From NCBI GenBank assembly GCA_033762295.1, contig JANRLW010000075.1:32197-96196 (forward strand): a stretch of 64,000 nt of DNA, in the 5' to 3' direction. Positions 58,936 through 64,000 of this stretch are shown here, in pieces; the first letter of the stretch is position 1; each line of letters starts with the position of its first letter. Under the pieces are notes generated by a model, which worked only from the letters and a program-made list of their open reading frames with translations, ran no database searches and had not been told where the DNA came from. The stretch is from Capsulimonadales bacterium. Its GTDB lineage: Bacteria; Armatimonadota; Armatimonadia; Armatimonadales; Armatimonadaceae. The position numbers and the translations under genes were made by a program.

Positions 58936-60135
58936 ATGCGAAAAATCAGACTGAATGCTATTATTGCCCTTTATGGCGGGCTTCTGGCCCTGCCGGTCGC
59001 GGCCCAGAACGCGCCGCGCGTCGAACGAAAGGATAACGCCGACCTGCGGATCGTCCATTCCTTTCAGGAAGCGATGCCCGTCGGAATCGCCGTCTCGCGA
59101 ACCGGGCGAATGTTCGTCAGCTACCCCCGATGGGAGGATCCACTGACGTTCACTCTGGCAGAACTCAAGGACGGCAAGGAAACACCCTTTCCCGAGGGGG
59201 GAACCTACCAGCAGGGGAACCGCTTCGATCCGCAGACCAATCTGGTATCGCTCCAGGGATTGCGTATGGACTCCCGCGATCGCCTCTGGGTTCTGGATAC
59301 CTCGACCGTCAACATGCAGCCGGTACAGCCGTTTTCGCCGAAGATCGTCTGTTACAACCTGCAAACCGGTCGCGAGGAGTTGAAATTCCGGATTCCCGGC
59401 GATGTCGCCCCGGAAGGGACCTACCTGAACGACCTGCGGATCGACCTGACGCGAGGCACGAAGGGGATGATCTACATCACCGATTCCGGACAGCGTCCCG
59501 GTATCCTTGTCTTCGATATCGGCGCGCAGAAAGCCTGGCGACGGCTGGCCGATCACCCGTCGGTAAAGCCGGAAGAGAAGTTCATGGGGTTCCCGGAGGG
59601 CCGTGCCCTGTTCCGTATGCCCACGCCGGAGCGGCGAGAGCACCTGAAGATCGGTTCCGACGGCATCGCCCTTTCGCCGGATGGCAAAACGCTCTATTAT
59701 ACGCCTCTGGCGTCCCGACGGCTTTTTTCCGTCTCCTGTGACGCCCTGGTCGATCCGGCCAAACCCGAGGAGGAGGTCGCCGCCACCGTGCGCGATCTGG
59801 GGGAGAAGGGAGTGGCCGACGGACTGGAGGAGGATACCCAGGGCAACGTCTATATCACCAACTGGGAGCAGAATGCCATCATCCGCCGCCGCCCGAACGG
59901 AATGTTCGAAACGGTCGTCCACGATGAGCGTCTCCTCTGGCCGGACACTCTCGCCCTGACCGAGGACGGTTACCTGTACATCCTTTCGAACCAACTGCAC
60001 CGGCAGCCGGGATACAACGCCGGCAAGGACCTGCGGAAGAAGCCGTATATTCTGGGCCGGGTCAAAACCGACACGCGCCCGGTCGCGCTCGGACCCGGCA
60101 ACACCGCGCAACCCGTCGCCCGGCGGGATCGATAA
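58936..60135 (+). CDS. Major royal jelly/yellow family (L-dopachrome tautomerase-related) secreted beta-propeller
   Basis: Signal peptide; GRMFVSYPRW, DRLWVLDT, YLNDLRID, GSDGIALS.DGKTLYY, LLWPDT, SNQLHRQ. Confidence 0.88.
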   Translation: MRKIRLNAIIALYGGLLALPVAAQNAPRVERKDNADLRIVHSFQEAMPVGIAVSRTGRMFVSYPRWEDPLTFTLAELKDGKETPFPEGGTYQQGNRFDPQTNLVSLQGLRMDSRDRLWVLDTSTVNMQPVQPFSPKIVCYNLQTGREELKFRIPGDVAPEGTYLNDLRIDLTRGTKGMIYITDSGQRPGILVFDIGAQKAWRRLADHPSVKPEEKFMGFPEGRALFRMPTPERREHLKIGSDGIALSPDGKTLYYTPLASRRLFSVSCDALVDPAKPEEEVAATVRDLGEKGVADGLEEDTQGNVYITNWEQNAIIRRRPNGMFETVVHDERLLWPDTLALTEDGYLYILSNQLHRQPGYNAGKDLRKKPYILGRVKTDTRPVALGPGNTAQPVARRDR

Positions 60136-60164
60136 CGGCGGAGGAAGAAAGGAAGGGGCCACCT

Positions 60165-61046
60165 ATGAACGGACGATTGGAAGGGAAGGTCGCGATCGTG
60201 ACCGGAGGCGCGACCGGAATCGGTGAGGCGATCTGCCATAAGTTCGCGCGAGAGGGAGCGAAGGTGACCGTCTGCGGGTTCGCGACCGACCCGGTGACCG
60301 ATGTCGTCGCCCGACTGCGTGAACTGGGTTTTACGGCGATCGGACACGAAGGCGATGTCAGCGAGGAACGCTACGCAGAAGAGTGCGTCGCGCGAACCGT
60401 CGGTGAGTTCGGCAAACTGGATATCCTGATCAACAATGCCGGAATCTTCATCACGACCGCCGAAACGGACAGGTTTCCGGTGGCGGATTTCGATCTGATG
60501 ATCCGAATGAACCTGCGTTCGGCCTTTCTGATGACGCGGGCCGCTCTGCCGCATCTGCAAGCCTCCCGAGGCTGTATCGTTTCCGCCGGTTCGGAAGCCG
60601 GGTTCAACGGACTGGCGCTCAACTCGCCCTACGGCGGAACGAAGGGGTTCATCCACTCCTTCATGATGGGCGTGGCCGTCGAGCAGGCGAAATACGGGGT
60701 TCGCGCCAACTGTGTCTGCCCCGGAGCGATCGACACTGCCTGGACCCATAAGGAAACCGGGCCGATGGACGCACAGATGGAGCAAATGCTCATCGACGCG
60801 ACCCCGATGGCACGGCGGGGTACGCCGGAGGAGATGGCGAACGTCTATGCCTTCCTCGCCTCGGACGAGGCATCCTACGTGACGGGCGCTCTCTGGCTCG
60901 CCGACGGCGGAGTGACCCCGGCCAAGGGCGCGGTCGGCAAGGAAACTCCCAATTCCCTGCGTCGCGAACCCGAAGGCCCCGTTTCCGCCGGGACCGAACA
61001 TGCCCACGACGGCCTGAAGAACAAAACCTACCACGAAGTTCGCTGA
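60165..61046 (+). CDS. SDR family oxidoreductase
   Basis: TGGATGIG, NNAG, YGGTK, NCVCPG. Confidence 0.93.
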   Translation: MNGRLEGKVAIVTGGATGIGEAICHKFAREGAKVTVCGFATDPVTDVVARLRELGFTAIGHEGDVSEERYAEECVARTVGEFGKLDILINNAGIFITTAETDRFPVADFDLMIRMNLRSAFLMTRAALPHLQASRGCIVSAGSEAGFNGLALNSPYGGTKGFIHSFMMGVAVEQAKYGVRANCVCPGAIDTAWTHKETGPMDAQMEQMLIDATPMARRGTPEEMANVYAFLASDEASYVTGALWLADGGVTPAKGAVGKETPNSLRREPEGPVSAGTEHAHDGLKNKTYHEVR

Positions 61047-61080
61047 CAACAGCGGGCAATATCGGAAAGTCTTCCCTCGA

Positions 61081-62301
61081 ATGAATCCGTTGACTGTCTC
61101 CGCAATTTTACGACGGCGAGAGATGCTGACCCGCACGGGTCAGGGCATTCTGGCCGCCGGTATCCTCGGTATGGCGAGCGAACCTGTGGGCGCCGATCCG
61201 CAGCCGCCCGATCTCGCCCGCAAACCGATCGAACCGCCGACACCGGAACCCGAACCCGCTCTGCCGCCCGAACAGCGGGTTGGGTTCGCCATCCTCGGAC
61301 TGGGGCAGTACGCCACCCGGCAGATACTGCCCGCGTTCTCGGACTGCCGTCAGGCGCGGGTCGTCGCCCTGATCTCGGGGTCGCCGGACAAGGCCCGGAA
61401 GATCGCCGCCCAGTACGGGATCACCGGGGAGAATATCTACGGTTACCAGGAGATGGACCGCCTTCAGCGCAATACTTCCGTCCAGGTGGTGTACGTCATC
61501 ACGCCGAACTCCACCCACCGGGATTTCACCCTGGCCGCCTTCAAGGCCGGGAAGCACGTCCTCTGTGAAAAGCCGATCGCCGTCTCCTCCTCGGACGGTG
61601 AAACGATGATTCGGGCGGGCCGTGCGGCGAACCGTCTCCTGATGATCGGATATCGGGCGCATTACGAACCGTTCAACCTGGAGTGTATTCGGCTCTGCCG
61701 ATCGGGCGAACTGGGACGGATCGGGACGATCACCGCCGATCATGGCCGACAGATCGATCCGTCGAACCCCGCCGATCAGTGGCGTATCCGCAAGGAACTG
61801 GCCGGAGGCGGTTCGCTGGTGGATATCGGGATCTACTCGCTCAATGCCGCCCGATACCTGACCGGCGAGGAGCCGACCGAGATCCTGGCGAAGATGGAAT
61901 CGCCCGACGATCCCCGGTTCCGGGAAGTCGAGGCCACGGTCCACTGGACGCTTCGCTTTCCGTCGGGAACCCTCGCCAACTGCTCCTCCTCCTACGACTG
62001 GCTGGACACCAAACGCTACCGCGTCCAGGGATCGAAAGGCTGGCTCGAACTCGATCCGGCGACCGACTACTATCGTCATCACCTGAGAATCGGACGATCC
62101 GGCGAGGGGGATCGAACGCGGATCGAGGAGCCGCAGATACGGGAACGCAGCCAGTTCGCCCGTCAGCTGGACCATATGGCGCAGTGCGTCCGCGAAAACA
62201 AAACGCCGCGAACTCCGGGCGAGGAAGGATTGCGGGATATGCGCTATATGGAGATGATCTACGAAGCGGCGCGCACCGGTAAATCGATCAAGGTCCGCTG
62301 A
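61081..62301 (+). CDS. Glucose-fructose oxidoreductase-like Gfo/Idh/MocA protein, Tat signal
   Basis: RRREML; GFAILGLGQYA, HVLCEKP, IGYR.HYEP, WR...LAGGGSLVDIGIY. Confidence 0.9.
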   Translation: MNPLTVSAILRRREMLTRTGQGILAAGILGMASEPVGADPQPPDLARKPIEPPTPEPEPALPPEQRVGFAILGLGQYATRQILPAFSDCRQARVVALISGSPDKARKIAAQYGITGENIYGYQEMDRLQRNTSVQVVYVITPNSTHRDFTLAAFKAGKHVLCEKPIAVSSSDGETMIRAGRAANRLLMIGYRAHYEPFNLECIRLCRSGELGRIGTITADHGRQIDPSNPADQWRIRKELAGGGSLVDIGIYSLNAARYLTGEEPTEILAKMESPDDPRFREVEATVHWTLRFPSGTLANCSSSYDWLDTKRYRVQGSKGWLELDPATDYYRHHLRIGRSGEGDRTRIEEPQIRERSQFARQLDHMAQCVRENKTPRTPGEEGLRDMRYMEMIYEAARTGKSIKVR

Positions 62302-62319
62302 GCCGATCGGCAGGGAACC

Positions 62320-63402
62320 CTATTCCGCGACCGTGTCGAACCAGTCTACCCCCTGGACGATCAGGGTAAAGGTGGTCGGAGAAACGGGAGCGACCTCCTC
62401 GCTTTCCCAGGCGCTGTCCGGCAGGGGAATCCGGTAGAGGTCGAAGACCGCCTTCTGCCCGGTCAACGGGCGCGGCAGGAGGCAAAGGACCGCCTTGCCA
62501 TCGGCGGACCAGCGGGGCCGGAGCGCATTGCCGTCGAACAGTTTGCGGTAGCTCTTTCCGAACTTATCGGTCAGGAACAGGGCGCGCTGGTTCGCCGTAA
62601 AGACGATTGCCCGATTTTCCGGGGCGAGCGCCGGAGCGGAGGCGAACGCATAGTCAGGAAGTTCCGCCAGTCCGGATTCGGCCGTATAGAGCGCGTTCCG
62701 CGCCCCCTCGATCAGATTGACCGCGACCAGGGGAGAGTAGTTCAGGGGCGACCCGCCGCTCTCCGGTCGGTAACGCGCGAATCCGCTGCCGACGATCAAC
62801 CCGCCGCGCGCCTCGGCATAGGTAACCGGAGCGATGCTTTTCCAGCGTCCGTCTCCGTCGATCACCGCGATTCCGGTGGCCGCGTCGACGGCAAACATGG
62901 CCTTGGCCGCGGGATTCGGCAGGAAGAAGCAGGAGACGTAGAGCGTCCGACTGTCCGCGCTCCACGAAAGCGAGACCGGCTCCCATTCGGCCAGGCTGCC
63001 CGTGCCGGTGCCGCCGCCCGACGACAGGGGAACGCCGACCAGAGTGACGGCGCGGTTCTGACGGTCTTTCAGTCGGTCCGTCGAAAAAAGTCGCTTCTGC
63101 CGTCGCCCCGTCAGATCGGAGAGACGAACGGTGGCCGGACGATCGGCGAGTCCGGTCACCGCGCTCTCGGGGGAACCGGCCGCCGCGCGTGTCAGCCAGA
63201 CGATCCGGCGTCCGTCGGGCGAGGCCGACCAGAGTGTTCCCGACGCCGCTCCGATCGAAAACAGCTTCCGCGGGTCCTTCCCGTCCTCCGCCACGGAGTA
63301 GAGCGAGTCGCCCTGCTGATACACCAGTCGCTGGGCGGCGACCGGGGAACCACAGGCGGCGGCGAGGAGCAGCGAACCGCAAAGAACGGGCAGGATTTTC
63401 AT
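62320..63402 (-). CDS. Secreted TolB-like (PD40) beta-propeller protein
   Basis: Signal peptide; SPDGRRIVW, WSADSRTLY, PRWSADGK. Confidence 0.75.
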   Translation of the reverse strand: MKILPVLCGSLLLAAACGSPVAAQRLVYQQGDSLYSVAEDGKDPRKLFSIGAASGTLWSASPDGRRIVWLTRAAAGSPESAVTGLADRPATVRLSDLTGRRQKRLFSTDRLKDRQNRAVTLVGVPLSSGGGTGTGSLAEWEPVSLSWSADSRTLYVSCFFLPNPAAKAMFAVDAATGIAVIDGDGRWKSIAPVTYAEARGGLIVGSGFARYRPESGGSPLNYSPLVAVNLIEGARNALYTAESGLAELPDYAFASAPALAPENRAIVFTANQRALFLTDKFGKSYRKLFDGNALRPRWSADGKAVLCLLPRPLTGQKAVFDLYRIPLPDSAWESEEVAPVSPTTFTLIVQGVDWFDTVAE

Positions 63403-63414
63403 GCTTCCATTGTA
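63403..63414 (-). promoter_or_regulatory. -10 box TACAAT 6 nt upstream of ATG (leaderless)
   Basis: Minus strand TACAAT-ggaagc-ATG. Confidence 0.6.
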
Positions 63415-63466
63415 CCGGACCGCCGCCCCGGTTGGAGGAGCGCGGGAAACGGACCCGGAAAAGAAC

Positions 63467-64000
63467 CTACCGGCGGGAGGACAGGGGACGACGGTCGCGG
63501 CCCGGAACGCCCGTGCGTGGCGGGGGGGCCGGCTCCTTCAACGCCCGGTCGATCACCTCGACCATCTCCTCGGTCATCCGCAGAATCTGAGAACTCTGGA
63601 TCGTCAGCACCACCTGTTCGGTCGTGAAATGGTGCTTCTGCGCCTTGAAAGCGGTCGTCAGCGGTTTGATCGTATGCAGCGGCAGCTTCACCCCTTTTTT
63701 CAACTGAATCGTGATCCGGGGACTCTCCGTCGTAATGCTCTCGATACCGACCTCCTGGCAGCGGAGACGGAGACGGATCAGCGAAAGCGCGTTCCATACC
63801 GGCGCGGGCGGATCGCCGAACCGGTCCTCGAACTCCTCCTGAAGTTTCGAAACGTCGAGACGATCGCGAACCGCCGACAGCTTTTTGTACATCAGGATGC
63901 GCTGCGGTTCGGAGGGGATGTAGCCCTCGGGGATGATGGCCGCCACCGGCAGATCGACCGTCGGCAAGGGGATATCCTGTTTCGACGGCTCCTCGCCCTT
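63467..64000 (-). CDS. mfd: Transcription-repair coupling factor, C-terminal TRCF domain (5' part outside window)
   Basis: VDLPVAAIIPEGYIP...RILMYKKLS...EFEDRFGDPP.PV.N. Confidence 0.9.
   Translation of the reverse strand, partial: KGEEPSKQDIPLPTVDLPVAAIIPEGYIPSEPQRILMYKKLSAVRDRLDVSKLQEEFEDRFGDPPAPVWNALSLIRLRLRCQEVGIESITTESPRITIQLKKGVKLPLHTIKPLTTAFKAQKHHFTTEQVVLTIQSSQILRMTEEMVEVIDRALKEPAPPPRTGVPGRDRRPLSSRR

Overview
High-GC (roughly 60-65% by eye), gene-dense bacterial chromosomal segment with about 60 CDSs. I saw no rRNA, tRNA, CRISPR array or prophage. Gene content (DUF1559/H-X9-DG prepilin, paired short type IV pilins, several Gfo/Idh/MocA enzymes, DUF503, YaaA-like S4 protein, Tat and lipoprotein substrates) suggests a diderm Terrabacteria lineage such as Armatimonadota; this is inference only. 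Recognisable housekeeping or metabolic genes include dinG, rodA, mfd (partial), namZ, aguA/aguB, pepF, an M16 protease pair, NlpC/P60 and GH16. The best candidates for uncharacterised systems are: (1) a specialised chaperone cluster, GrpE-like / Hsp70 paralogue / Zn-ribbon tail-anchored protein / HPD-less (RPN) J-domain-TPR protein (21.5-26.1 kb); (2) a lipoprotein with about 19 nucleoporin-like FG repeats followed by two mutually related unknown proteins (47.4-49.6 kb); (3) a FlgP/LPP20-, CsgG/FlgT-C- and FlgT-N-like ring-protein cluster with no flagellar or curli genes nearby (26.1-31.1 kb); (4) a stand-alone TIR protein with two DRR-x-GERR motifs, possibly c-di-GMP-binding (57.2-58.3 kb); (5) a cytochrome c fused to a copper-ligand-less monooxygenase, with a PQQ-like/PA14 protein and a redoxin (42.5-47.0 kb). 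Also seen: a TnpA/RAYT-type HUH transposase flanked by inverted palindromic REP-like repeats, a shared ECF-type promoter at two distant stress-like loci, and many apparently leaderless promoters. All family calls come from motif recognition, not database searches.
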